A stretch of DNA of 64,000 nt from an uncultured Acidobacteriaceae bacterium (GCA_963788905.1 CAWBIO010000008.1:129022-193021), one strand, 5' to 3'; positions 42,974 through 52,319 are shown, numbered from the stretch's first letter. The notes: generated by a model from the letters alone, not told the origin. Numbers and translations: made by a program.

Positions 42974-43900
42974 GTGGGCGGTGCGCGCCATCCCGGGCCA
43001 GGCAATTCACAGCTGATTCGTGAGTACGTCGCCTATCTGCGCGTCGAGAAAGGCCTGCGCCCGCTTTCCTGCGAAGCATACCAACGCGACCTGCTGCAAT
43101 TTGCAGAGTATCTGGAGGATCAGGCTGCCACTCTGCCGAACGCAACGCAACGGCGGGTGTCCGGATTTCTGGAGCACCTGGGAAAACATGGCGTGGAATC
43201 GCGGTCAGCTGCCCGTAAGCTATCGTGCCTGCGCGGCTTCTACCGATGGCTGCTGCTCGACAAACGCATCAAGCGCGATCCCACGCTGAACCTGGAGTCT
43301 CCCGCAACCTGGAAGGTGCTGCCGAAATCGCTCGCGGTAGTCGAGGTCGACGCAATGATGGATCGCGCGGCGCTGGCGGCGGACCATCCCCAGGCGGATG
43401 CTGTGGCGCTGCGGGATCGCGCGATCCTTGAGCTGTTATATGCGGCCGGGCTGCGCGTCTCCGAGCTCACGGGGCTCAATGTCGCCGATCTTTCGCTCGA
43501 AGCCGGGCGCGCGCTCGTTCGCGGCAAGGGAGATAAGGAGCGCATCGTGCCGCTGGGGCGGGCGTCAATCGAGGCGCTGAACGAATATCTGAAACGAGGA
43601 CGGCCGGCTCTGGAGAAAAAACCAACCAGCCGCCTGTTTCTCTCCTCGCGCGGCGCGCCGCTCAGCCGAGGATGGGTGTGGCGGCTGGTGAAGCAGAGCG
43701 ATCACGGGGCCAGCCCACACATGCTGCGCCACAGCTGCGCCACCCACATGGTGGAGCGGGGCGCGGATCTGAGAACGGTACAAACCCTGCTCGGCCACGC
43801 CGATATTGCGACCACCCAGGTTTACACGCATCTGGCCCTGGGACGCCTGAAGGCGGTGCATCGCGAGCATCATCCGCGGGCAAAGCGAGTGGGGCAATGA
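42974..43900 (+). CDS. xerD: Tyrosine site-specific recombinase, XerD-like
   Basis: 308-aa ORF with GTG start. N-terminal SAM-like domain (...[20 protein letters not shown]...). Catalytic motifs: [44 protein letters not shown]. Confidence 0.85.
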   Translation: MGGARHPGPGNSQLIREYVAYLRVEKGLRPLSCEAYQRDLLQFAEYLEDQAATLPNATQRRVSGFLEHLGKHGVESRSAARKLSCLRGFYRWLLLDKRIKRDPTLNLESPATWKVLPKSLAVVEVDAMMDRAALAADHPQADAVALRDRAILELLYAAGLRVSELTGLNVADLSLEAGRALVRGKGDKERIVPLGRASIEALNEYLKRGRPALEKKPTSRLFLSSRGAPLSRGWVWRLVKQSDHGASPHMLRHSCATHMVERGADLRTVQTLLGHADIATTQVYTHLALGRLKAVHREHHPRAKRVGQ

Positions 43901-44841
43901 ACAGAGCGCGGAGTCGCGGAATGCCGATGGTCGTGCAGCAGGTTGATGCGTTCCTGGCAATGCTCGCCGCTGAGCGAAATGCCAGCCCGCATACGGTGCG
44001 CGCCTATGAACGCGAGCTTCACGCATTCGCCGATTACGCAGTCGGAAAATTTGGCGCGAAGCTCGCAGTTCGCCGCATCGAACATCAGCATATTCGCGCG
44101 TATCTCGCAGAGCTGTACGGGCGGGGATTGTCGAAAGCCTCAGTAGCGCGGGCGCTGGCCGCGATCCGGTCATGGTTCAAGTGGCTGGCTCGGCAGGGAC
44201 TGGTAGAGCAGAGCCCGGCGGCACTGGTGGCGACCCCGAAGCTGCCGAAGCATCTGCCGCGTGTGCCCACCATCGAAGAGATGAATCGCGTTGTAGAAGC
44301 CGCGGCGGACGATGCGGCGACATGGCCGGAGCGCGATCGGGCGATCTTCGAACTGCTGTACGGATGCGGGATTCGCAATGCGGAACTGGTGGGCATCGAC
44401 CTCGCTGATATTCACTGGGCCAATGACGCGATCCTGGTTCGCGGCAAGGGGCGAAAGCAGCGCTATGTGCCCCTGGGAGATGCCGCGGCGCAGGCCGTGC
44501 GAGCCTACTTGCCTCTCCGCCAGCAAAAACTCTCCGCAGCTGGGAAATCGTCACCGGCACTGTTACTGAATCTGCGGCTGCGCGGCAACTGCCGCCTGAC
44601 GACGCGCAGCGTGGGCCGCATCGTGAAGCACATCGCGCTGACCCATGGCCTGTCGGCGGATGTTCATCCTCACACCCTTCGGCATGCCTTTGGCACGCAC
44701 ATGCTGGAGGAAGGCGCGGACCTGCGAGCCATCCAGGAGCTGCTTGGACACGAGCGGCTCTCGACCACCCAACGCTACACGCAGCTGACCGTGGGGCAGG
44801 TGGCCGAAGTCTACGACCGCACGCATCCAAGAGCGAAATAG
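43897..44841 (+). CDS. xerC: Tyrosine site-specific recombinase, XerC-like
   Basis: ORF 43672..44841. Start set at ATG 43897, which overlaps the xerD stop (ATGA). ...[20 protein letters not shown]...[18 protein letters not shown]...[10 protein letters not shown]...[16 protein letters not shown]. Confidence 0.85.
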   Translation: MNRARSRGMPMVVQQVDAFLAMLAAERNASPHTVRAYERELHAFADYAVGKFGAKLAVRRIEHQHIRAYLAELYGRGLSKASVARALAAIRSWFKWLARQGLVEQSPAALVATPKLPKHLPRVPTIEEMNRVVEAAADDAATWPERDRAIFELLYGCGIRNAELVGIDLADIHWANDAILVRGKGRKQRYVPLGDAAAQAVRAYLPLRQQKLSAAGKSSPALLLNLRLRGNCRLTTRSVGRIVKHIALTHGLSADVHPHTLRHAFGTHMLEEGADLRAIQELLGHERLSTTQRYTQLTVGQVAEVYDRTHPRAK

Positions 44842-44977
44842 GGGAACAGGCCCAACGGGAACCTCGCTTCGGCACGAGTGTGGGGCGAACAGAGGGCGAA
44901 GTGGGAAGTAATTGTCCCGATTCCTGCCCACTTTTTCATTTCTCGTGAGTTTTTCCCTGCGATATTCTTTGGTCCCT

Positions 44978-45829
44978 ATGGCTTCAACCGTCTGGAAAGG
45001 CTACATCTCGTTCGGACTGATCTCGGTGCCGATTCGCCTGTTCGTGGCGGCGCGCGAGCACCACGTCAGCTTCAACCAGATCCATCAGGTTTGCGGCTCG
45101 CGCATTAAGCAGCAGACATACTGCCCCACCTGCGATCGCGTCGTTGAACGCAGCGAACTGGTGAAGGGCTACCCCATCGACAAGGAGAATTACGTCATCG
45201 TGTCGAATGAGGAGCTGAAAGCGCTCGAGGCGCAGTCGTCAGAGACGATGGAGATTGTGCAGTTTGTCCAGCTGCCAGAAGTCGATCCGCTGTACTACCA
45301 GACTTCTTACTTCACGGTTGCCGAGGATCCTGGGCGGCGCGCCTATTCGCTGATCCACAAAGGCATGCAGCAACTGAAGCTCGGCGCGATTGCGAAGATC
45401 ACGCTGCACCAGCGCGAACAGATTGTGATGATCCGGCCCTTCGAAAAAGGTCTCGTGCTGCACACGCTCTATTACCCCGAAGAAATTCGCGCCGTCGCCG
45501 AATACGACAACCAGCCGGACGTGGAAGTGCAGAAGGCGGAAGTGGAGCTGGCCGAGCAGTTCATGAAACAGCTGACAGCGGATTTCCATCCGGAGAACTT
45601 CAAGGATGAGTATGAAGGCCGCGTGGAGCAGCTGATTGAGAGCAAGCAGGGCCAGGTTGAGGCGCCGTCGAAGCTGCCCAAAAAGAAGCTGGCGCCGGTA
45701 ATCGACCTGATGGAAGCCCTGCGCAAGAGCATGGCGGACGCTAAACAGCCGCCTCCCGAAGAGAAGAAGCCGCCGGAACGGTCGACAGCGCAGAAACCGG
45801 CTGCGCAGAAGAAGAGGAAAGCGAGCTAG
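44978..45829 (+). CDS. ku: Non-homologous end-joining protein Ku
   Basis: ORF 44912..45829. Start set at ATG 44978. MASTVWKGYISFGLISVPIRLF...KGYPIDKENYVIVSNEEL... with a Lys-rich C-terminal tail. Confidence 0.92.
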   Translation: MASTVWKGYISFGLISVPIRLFVAAREHHVSFNQIHQVCGSRIKQQTYCPTCDRVVERSELVKGYPIDKENYVIVSNEELKALEAQSSETMEIVQFVQLPEVDPLYYQTSYFTVAEDPGRRAYSLIHKGMQQLKLGAIAKITLHQREQIVMIRPFEKGLVLHTLYYPEEIRAVAEYDNQPDVEVQKAEVELAEQFMKQLTADFHPENFKDEYEGRVEQLIESKQGQVEAPSKLPKKKLAPVIDLMEALRKSMADAKQPPPEEKKPPERSTAQKPAAQKKRKAS

Positions 45830-45887
45830 GCCTGAGAGTCACCGCGCGATGTTTTGTTCGCCGCGAGCACTGTCTCCAGCACCGCTG

Positions 45888-46175
45888 TTATTCAGCTGCC
45901 TTTTTACCACGTACGAGAATCGTCTTGCTGCGCGCGTGCTGGCCGCCGGTGACTTCAATCGCTGACCGCGGGATCCTGAGCAACTCCGAAAGAAATTCAA
46001 TCAGTGCGGCGTTGGCGCGGCCCTCAATGGCAGGTGCCTGCAGCGCAATTTTCAATGCCGCGCCGTTCCCGTCGCCGATCACGCCGTCCACCGACGTGCG
46101 ACTGGCGCGAGGCGTGACCCGAACCGTCAGCTTCGCGCCCTCACGAGTATCGCGGATCGGAATGGAAGCTGTCAT
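45888..46175 (-). CDS. yggU: DUF167 (YggU) family protein
   Basis: ORF 45888..46382. Start set at ATG 46175 (MTASIPIRDTREGAKLTVRVTPRASRTSV...GRANAALIEFLSELL...). It lies 7 nt downstream of yggS. Confidence 0.8.
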   Translation of the reverse strand: MTASIPIRDTREGAKLTVRVTPRASRTSVDGVIGDGNGAALKIALQAPAIEGRANAALIEFLSELLRIPRSAIEVTGGQHARSKTILVRGKKAAE

Positions 46176-46182
46176 TGCCGGA

Positions 46183-46950
46183 TCAGGGCTCGCGCAGGCG
46201 CTCGCCGAAAAGTGCCGTTCCAATGCGGACCAGCGTCGATCCTTCTTCGATAGCGATCTCGAAGTCGCCGGACATGCCCATGGAGAGCTCACGAAAGTCG
46301 AGGTGCAGATACCGTCTCGCCAGATCGTTGCGCAGCAGATGTAACTGGCGAAAGCAGGTCCGTGCTGTGGCCGGCCTTTCATCGAGGGGAGCGATGGTCA
46401 TCAGTCCTTTCATGTCCAGATGGGACCAATGCGGCAGCCGCTCGAGCAGAGACTCCAGCTCCGCGGAGCCTGGCTCGACGCCGCTCTTGGTGGGCTCCGC
46501 GCTGAGTTTGATTTCGATCAGCACGGGCAGCGCTTTGCCCAGCTTGCCTGCCGCGTCGTTGAGCCGCTCGGCCACACGCATGGAGTCGACGCTGTCGACA
46601 GCGTGGAAGATCTCCGCGGCGCGGGCTGACTTGTTCGACTGGAGGTGGCCGATGAGATGCACTTCGGCTCCTGCGACGCCGAGTTGTGTAAGCCGATCGC
46701 GCTTCGATTCAAATTCCTGAACGCGATTCTCCCCGAACAGTGTGAGCCCCGCGTGGACCGCGTCGGCAATTCGTTCAGGGGGATGCATCTTGGAGACGCC
46801 CATCAGACGGACCTCTTCGCGTGGGCGCCCGGAACGGCGGCATGCCTCGGCGATATCCTGTTCCACCCTCTGCAAGCGCTCGCCAAATTCAGTCACGCTT
46901 TCATGGTAGGCGATCGTGCCGCGGGGCTGTCGGATTCCGGCAGTAACCAC
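46183..46950 (-). CDS. yggS: YggS-family pyridoxal-phosphate homeostasis protein
   Basis: 255-aa ORF. ...VRLMGVSKMHP...LFGENRVQEF...HLIGHLQSNK...SMGMSGDFEIAIEEGSTLVRIGTALFG. Confidence 0.88.
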   Translation of the reverse strand: MVTAGIRQPRGTIAYHESVTEFGERLQRVEQDIAEACRRSGRPREEVRLMGVSKMHPPERIADAVHAGLTLFGENRVQEFESKRDRLTQLGVAGAEVHLIGHLQSNKSARAAEIFHAVDSVDSMRVAERLNDAAGKLGKALPVLIEIKLSAEPTKSGVEPGSAELESLLERLPHWSHLDMKGLMTIAPLDERPATARTCFRQLHLLRNDLARRYLHLDFRELSMGMSGDFEIAIEEGSTLVRIGTALFGERLREP

Positions 46951-47052
46951 GCTCTTTGCAGAAACATCAATGACGCAGCCAACTCAGAAAATTGCCAGGG
47001 CATCCCTCGCACAGCAACCAGGCTGACTCCCCGAACGGGCAAGGAAACGACG

Positions 47053-47382
47053 ATGCGCTCAGTTGTTCTGATTCATGGATTGCTCAGCGGCATGGGGTAT
47101 GAGCAGCCATGCGAGATGCTGGCCATGAAGGAGTCTGTTTCCGGCACACCTCGAGTGATCTTTACCCATTGCAGTGTGATCGATGCTCCGCAGGAACTTC
47201 CGGACGGGAGCTACACGGTCCGCTTCAACGATTACGTTGTTTCCGCCAAAAAAGAAGGCGGCCTGTGGATGCCCACAGAGGATGCCGTGGCCATGCAAAC
47301 GGACCCGCAACTGGCAGAAGAGATCGAAGAAACCGGCGAAATCCTCTCCCGTCTGAAGCGTCTCCGGGGCAGGGTAGCGTGA
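47053..47382 (+). CDS. Hypothetical protein (109 aa)
   Basis: This is the 3' part of ORF 46645..47382, beginning at ATG 47053 with AAGGAA upstream. The upstream part of that ORF is antisense to yggS. No family was recognised. Confidence 0.45.
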   Translation: MRSVVLIHGLLSGMGYEQPCEMLAMKESVSGTPRVIFTHCSVIDAPQELPDGSYTVRFNDYVVSAKKEGGLWMPTEDAVAMQTDPQLAEEIEETGEILSRLKRLRGRVA

Positions 47383-47393
47383 AGTTCGCCAAA

Positions 47394-49949
47394 TCAGGCG
47401 GAATCGCATAACAGAAGGTTCATCTTCTCGAGAAGTTTGTCACGCAGGAGGTGAAGCTCGCCCAGTTGCGCCTGCACATCGGCGCCGGAGGCGGATGGCT
47501 CCCACGCGGAAGCCAGGTCGGCGAGTTCGTGGCTCCGCTGGTGAAGGCTCTCAACCTCGAGAAATGCCGTTCCGCTGCCAATCGCGCTGGAACGCTCACT
47601 GTCGAGCCATCGGCCAAACCGGCAACGGTGCGGATCGAGCGTGGGCGGTACCCGTCGATGGCCGAGGAGAAACGATTCCATGGCCGCCACCCAGGCCCTG
47701 TGTGCCACCGCGGCATGAACGAGCGAGCGTTTACGCGGCGCCACCGATGCAACATTTAGCCATGCGGGATCGGGGTTCCATGTTGCCGACCACGCGGGCA
47801 GAGCATCCCCCGGCATCGGACGGGCAATGCCATTGCCCTGACCATAGATGCAGCCGAGCTGGAGCAGAAGGCGGCCGTGAGCCACAGTCTCAACGCCCTC
47901 CGCGATGGCCATGCGATCGAACGCGGTGGCCAGGCCCAGCACGCCTTCGAGAATGCTGAGGTCCTCGGGGTCGTCAAGCACGTCACGCACGAAGCTGCGG
48001 TCGATCTTCAGCGTGTTTACAGGGAGCCGTTTGAAGTAAGTCAGAGACGAATAGCCGGTGCCAAAGTCATCCAGTGCAATCGAGACGCCCAGCTCGCGGC
48101 AGGAGGCCAGCACGTGCGAAACGCGCGCCACATCGTGAAGGGCGCTGGTTTCCAGAACCTCCAGCTCCAGCATGGAGGGGGAAATCGATGGGTGAGCACC
48201 CAGCAGGCTGCGCAGGGTTTCGATGAAATCGGGCCGCTGCAGGTGATGGGCGGCAATGTTAACGCCCACCGGAATCTTCAGTCCGCTTTGGTTCCAGCGC
48301 TCCACCTGCGTCAGCGCTTTGTCTATCACCCATTCGCCCACGCGATCGATGAGCGGATGATTCTCAATGATGGGCAGAAACATGTCGGGCAGCAGGCGCC
48401 CGCGCGTTGGATGCTGCCATCGAATCAGCGCCTCGGCGCTGACCACGGCCCCGGTGCTCATGTTGACGCGAGGCTGGTAATACAGGATGAAATCGTTGGA
48501 CGCAAGTGCGCAGCCGATTTGTTCCAGGTCTTCATGGTAGGTGCGAATGGTGATGTCATGCGAAGGGTCAAAGACCTGGTAGCGGTTCTTTCCTGCAAGT
48601 TTGGACTGATACATCGCCTGCCCGGCCTGGCGCAGCAGCTGGTCGGCGTCGATCTCTTCGTTCTGCGGATAAAAGACAATTCCGATGCTGGCTGAGACCT
48701 GAACGCTGGCCTCGCCGCAGAACTCGGGCTGGGAAGCGCAGGCCAGCAAATTCTCGAGGACAGGCCGCACCGCATCGGCGCCGGGCAGATCGTTCAGCAC
48801 AGCGATAAACTCGTCGCCACCGATGCGCGCCAAAGTATCGACTTCTCGCAATGCCCGTCTCATACGCTGCGCCACGCGCATCAGAAACTGATCTCCGGCC
48901 TCCTGGCCGTAGTTTTCGTTTACGGAGCGAAAGCCGTCCAGATCGATGCAGGCGACCGCCAGCATCTGTCCGCGCTGGCGCGCCTGGGCCATAGCCTGCT
49001 GCAGACGGTCGGCGAGCAGAACACGATTCGGCAGGTTGGTGAGCGCGTCGAAGTGAGCCATGCGCTCCAGCTGCCGCTCCTGTTCCTTGCTCTGCGTGAT
49101 GTCGGAAAACAGACCAACATAGTGCTGGACTCTGGAGGATCGGTCGTGCACCGCGCTGATGGTCAGCATCTCCGGATAAACCCGGCCGTCTTTAGTCTTG
49201 TTCCAGACTTCGCCTGACCATCGCCCCTTTTCCATCAGAGAGCGCCACATTTCGCCGTAGAAGGCATCGCTCTGGCGTCCGGATTTGAGAATGCGCGGAT
49301 TGCGGCCCAGCACATCGGCGCGGCTGTAACCGGTGATGCGGGTGAACATATCGTTCACATCGAGGATGGCGCCTTTCGGATCGCAGATGAGGATGCCTTC
49401 GCGCGCATTGGTAAAAAAGCTGGCGGCGAGCTGGAGCTGTTCCTTGTCTTTCTTTTGCTGGGTAATGTCTTCGCAGAAAATAAGAATTCCGCCGACCGCT
49501 CCATCGGCCAGGCGCCAGGGATGTATTTCCCAGCGCAGCCACTGGATGGAAAAGTCGGCGCGGACAAACCGATCCTCATCGCTGTACAGGTCTTCGCCGG
49601 CCAGCGCGCGGCAGTGCAGCGCTTTCCAGCGTTCAGGAATTTCCGGAAATACCTCATAGTGGGAGCGGCCGATCACCTCTTCGGCCTTCAGGCCGAAATC
49701 GCGGAGCCATCGCCGGCTGGCCGCTATGTAGCGCATCTTGCGGTCCAGCATGGCAAGCGCAGCCGGCGCATGCTCAATAAAGAGCTGAGACAGTTCTCTG
49801 CTCTCCTGCAGCCGATGGCTCGCATCGATCGGCTGCGTGATGTCGGGGCCGATACCGGAAATGCCTGCGACCTCGCCGCTCGGTCTTTTGAAGGGGTCCG
49901 GGTTCGTGTCGCTCTGCAAAGATAAGGCCCCCGCTCGGAGGATATTCAC
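47394..49949 (-). CDS. PAS/PAC sensor diguanylate cyclase/phosphodiesterase (GGDEF + EAL) with C-terminal CZB zinc-binding domain
   Basis: 851-aa ORF. PAS repeats, RIGGDEFIAV (GGDEF), EALIRW...DDFGTGYSSL (EAL). C-terminal segment HAAVAHRAWVAAM...DPHRCRFGRWLD...LHQRSHELA, a CZB pattern. Confidence 0.92.
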   Translation of the reverse strand: MNILRAGALSLQSDTNPDPFKRPSGEVAGISGIGPDITQPIDASHRLQESRELSQLFIEHAPAALAMLDRKMRYIAASRRWLRDFGLKAEEVIGRSHYEVFPEIPERWKALHCRALAGEDLYSDEDRFVRADFSIQWLRWEIHPWRLADGAVGGILIFCEDITQQKKDKEQLQLAASFFTNAREGILICDPKGAILDVNDMFTRITGYSRADVLGRNPRILKSGRQSDAFYGEMWRSLMEKGRWSGEVWNKTKDGRVYPEMLTISAVHDRSSRVQHYVGLFSDITQSKEQERQLERMAHFDALTNLPNRVLLADRLQQAMAQARQRGQMLAVACIDLDGFRSVNENYGQEAGDQFLMRVAQRMRRALREVDTLARIGGDEFIAVLNDLPGADAVRPVLENLLACASQPEFCGEASVQVSASIGIVFYPQNEEIDADQLLRQAGQAMYQSKLAGKNRYQVFDPSHDITIRTYHEDLEQIGCALASNDFILYYQPRVNMSTGAVVSAEALIRWQHPTRGRLLPDMFLPIIENHPLIDRVGEWVIDKALTQVERWNQSGLKIPVGVNIAAHHLQRPDFIETLRSLLGAHPSISPSMLELEVLETSALHDVARVSHVLASCRELGVSIALDDFGTGYSSLTYFKRLPVNTLKIDRSFVRDVLDDPEDLSILEGVLGLATAFDRMAIAEGVETVAHGRLLLQLGCIYGQGNGIARPMPGDALPAWSATWNPDPAWLNVASVAPRKRSLVHAAVAHRAWVAAMESFLLGHRRVPPTLDPHRCRFGRWLDSERSSAIGSGTAFLEVESLHQRSHELADLASAWEPSASGADVQAQLGELHLLRDKLLEKMNLLLCDSA

Positions 49950-50227
49950 GGCAGATAATACGTCGTCAAGAACTATCTAAGTGAAGTGCGGTTTTGTTTC
50001 TTCTGGTCGTAACTTGTTGGATGAACCACGGTGTCGCCAATGGTTTGTTTTCGCCGTCGCTGAGCGGTCTTGTCAGCGGTTAGGAGGTGCAGGCACTCGT
50101 CCATCATGACTGCTCGCTGCAGAGCCTCACCGCGGAGAACTCCCGTTTTCAATGCATTGCAATGGAGATTTCACAATCTCGCAGCGAAGTTTGCACCGAT
50201 CATGGTTACGAAAGTTGGTAGCGTAGA

Positions 50228-50980
50228 GTGCAGAGGGTTTGGTTGACCGTGTTCCAAACTGGTCCGGCAGTTCGCTTCAGCTTTGCGGGATTTCGCCATG
50301 CCGCTCTCTCCCCGGCGCCCGGTATTGCGGTCTTTGACTGTGACGGAACGCTGTGGGGCGGTGACGCGGGTCTCGGGTTTATGACCTGGTCGATCGAATC
50401 CGGTTTGCTATCCCGCGAGGCCAGCGCTGGATCGAGAAGCGGCACCGGTTGTATCGCGAGGGGCATGTTTCGGAGGCGGAAATCTGTGGAGAGATGGTTC
50501 AGGTTTATGCAGGCCTGCGCGAAGAAGACCATGCGGCACGCTGCGGCCAGGTTTGTCGCGGCGCACGTCAAGCCCCAGATTTTTCCTGAGATGCAGACTC
50601 TCGTGGCTGACCTCAGAGCGAGCGGATCCGATATCTGGGCCGTCAGCTCGACCAACAACTGGGTGATCGAAGAGGGAGTGCGGCGATTCGATATCCCGCC
50701 GGAGAGAGTGCTGGCGGCCTGCGTGCGCGTCGAGCACGGAACGATTACCCGCGAACTCATCGACGTTCCGACCGACGAGGGCAAAGCAACGGCGCTTCGG
50801 CGCGCGGGGATCGCACAGCCTGACGTGGTCTTCGGCAACTCCATCCACGATGCTGCCATGCTGGAGATGGCCGTGCGCGCGTTTCCGGTCAATCCATCAC
50901 CAGCGCTCTGCGAGATCGCCGCCCAGCGCGGATGGCGGGTGTTCTATCCGGAAGCCGTGCTGGCCGATCAGACAAAATGA
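50228..50980 (+). CDS. HAD-IB family hydrolase; ORF is open but the middle appears out of frame (compensated double frameshift)
   Basis: 250-aa ORF. IAVFDCDGTLWGGD (motif I) and ...IWAVSSTNNWVIEEG...VVFGNSIHD.... Residues about 64-101 are Arg-rich junk. The +1 frame there reads RWIEKRHRLYREGHVSEAEICGEMVQVYAGLREED, which is cap-domain-like. The start codon is uncertain. Confidence 0.75.
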   Translation: MQRVWLTVFQTGPAVRFSFAGFRHAALSPAPGIAVFDCDGTLWGGDAGLGFMTWSIESGLLSREASAGSRSGTGCIARGMFRRRKSVERWFRFMQACAKKTMRHAAARFVAAHVKPQIFPEMQTLVADLRASGSDIWAVSSTNNWVIEEGVRRFDIPPERVLAACVRVEHGTITRELIDVPTDEGKATALRRAGIAQPDVVFGNSIHDAAMLEMAVRAFPVNPSPALCEIAAQRGWRVFYPEAVLADQTK

Positions 50981-51798
50981 CCCTCAGGATCGCGTCCCTG
51001 CAGCCCAGTGTCTCCATCGTTTTGGAGCGTTAGGCCGTCTGGATCTGCTGGTCGCCTGCACTCGCTATTGCGTCGCCGCGGTACCAGAACTACGTCGCCG
51101 CCAAATCAGCGTCGTGCGCGATTCCTGGTCGACCAGCACCGATGAACTGCTGGCCGCGCGCCCGGACCTGGTCATCGCCTCGGTCCCATATCGCAATGAG
51201 TCTCTGGCTGCGATCCTGAAAGCGGGTTGCCCCGTCCTGGCCCTCGCACCGCATTCACTCTCCGACATCGAGCAGGACATCCGGCTCATCGGCGGCCGTT
51301 GCCGGAGCCCCGCAGTCCGCAGAAGAAATCATCGCCGGAATGCGGGCGAGCATCGACGACGTTCGCCGCCGGACAGCCAGCCTTCCGCGCAAGCCCCTGG
51401 TCTACTGCGAGGAGTGGGGTAAGCCATTGATCCACTCTCAGGGCTGGGTTCGGGAACTGGTGGAGGCCGCAGGAGGCGTCTTTGTGGGCGAGCCGGGCGC
51501 AGTAACCACTCCGGAAGCCGTCGCGGTCGCCAATCCCGAGGTCATTCTCGCCGCATGGTGCGGCGCCGGCGACCGGGTGCCGCTCCAAAAGCTCGCCGCC
51601 CGGCCCGGCTGGGAGAACATTGCGGCCGTCCAAAGCGGCCGGGTCTACTGCATCACGGACGAGCTTCTCAACACGCCGGCGCCCACCCTGGTCGACGGCA
51701 TCTGCGCCATCGCCTCCGCTCTGCACCCTGAGGTTTTCGGTACCAACAACGGGATTCGTGCCCTGAAAGGGAATCGAACCCCGGTTAACTGCGTCTAA
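50977..51798 (+). pseudogene. Periplasmic binding protein, BtuF/siderophore-type (Peripla_BP_2-like), two frameshifts
   Basis: ATG 50977 overlaps the upstream stop. MTLRIASLQPSVSIVLE | ALGRLDLLVACTRYC...DLVIASVPYRNE...DIRLIG | AAVAGAPQSAEEIIAGMRASIDDV...LVYCEEWGKPLIHSQGWV...VILAAWCG.... Junctions lie at about 51024-51030 and 51288-51296. No signal peptide is evident. The family call is moderate. Confidence 0.7.
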
Positions 51799-51811
51799 AC
51801 GATGGGACGAT

Positions 51812-52240
51812 ATGGGGGATACCGCACAAATCAGGGAGCCGAAAACCCTCCGCTTCGTTGCCGCGGCGCTCATCCTGCGCGGCGACGAAGTGCTGATCTG
51901 CCAGCGCAAGGCCGGCTCGCCCATGGGTCTGAAATGGGAGTTCCCTGGCGGCAAAATCGAGCCCGGCGAGTCGCCCGAGCAGGCCCTGCGCCGCGAGCTG
52001 GATGAAGAACTCGGCATTCACGCGGCCATCGGCACCCGCATCGCCCATCTCCGCCACACCTACCGCAGCGGCGGCGCGGTCGACCTGCAGTTCTTCGCAG
52101 TGCACAGTTTTGAGGGCAATATCGCCAACCAGATCTTCGAAGACGTGCGCTGGGTGCCACTCCGCAACCTGCCGGATTACGACTTTCTGGCTGCCGACCG
52201 TGACCTGGTGCGCGACCTGGCCGCAGGCAAACTCCTCTAG
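51812..52240 (+). CDS. mutT: NUDIX hydrolase (MutT-like)
   Basis: 142-aa ORF. Nudix box GGKIEPGESPEQALRRELDEELG. Confidence 0.85.
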   Translation: MGDTAQIREPKTLRFVAAALILRGDEVLICQRKAGSPMGLKWEFPGGKIEPGESPEQALRRELDEELGIHAAIGTRIAHLRHTYRSGGAVDLQFFAVHSFEGNIANQIFEDVRWVPLRNLPDYDFLAADRDLVRDLAAGKLL

Positions 52241-52247
52241 CCACGAA

Positions 52248-52319
52248 CTGTCATCCCGGGCGAAGACCTTGTGTTTGGTTAACACCTGTCATCCCTCGCA
52301 AAGCGAGGGACCTTGTGTT
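52248..52319. repeat. Two tandem copies of a REP-like hairpin element (CTGTCATCC...GACCTTGTGTT)
   Basis: Copy 1 at 52248-52275: ctgtcatcccgggcgaagaccttgtgtt. Copy 2 at 52286-52319: ctgtcatccctcgcaaagcgagggaccttgtgtt. Copy 2 contains a perfect 8-bp stem (TCCCTCGC-aaa-GCGAGGGA, 52292-52310). The element lies between the convergent mutT and mntH genes. Confidence 0.55.

Noticed and set aside
42974-44841. Possibility that the two adjacent tyrosine recombinases are a mobile 'recombinase in trio' type element or an integrase pair of an island
   Set aside because: Only two genes are present. Both look like full-length XerC/D-type proteins. I saw no third recombinase, no flanking inverted repeats, no tRNA target and no cargo genes.
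50206-50892. 228-aa minus-strand ORF opposite the HAD-IB gene
   Set aside because: The plus strand carries HAD motifs I-IV. The minus product has no recognisable features.
51759-51837. tRNA-like segment on the minus strand (GGTTCGATTCC T-loop, 6/7-bp acceptor pairing, a D-stem TGTG/CATA with a GG loop)
   Set aside because: No canonical anticodon arm can be drawn; the best option is a 4-bp stem with a 10-nt loop. The T-stem has a mismatch and there is no CCA or proper discriminator context. The segment overlaps the 3' end of the BtuF-like ORF and the mutT start. At most it is a tRNA-derived relic. A tRNAscan-SE/ARAGORN run would settle it.
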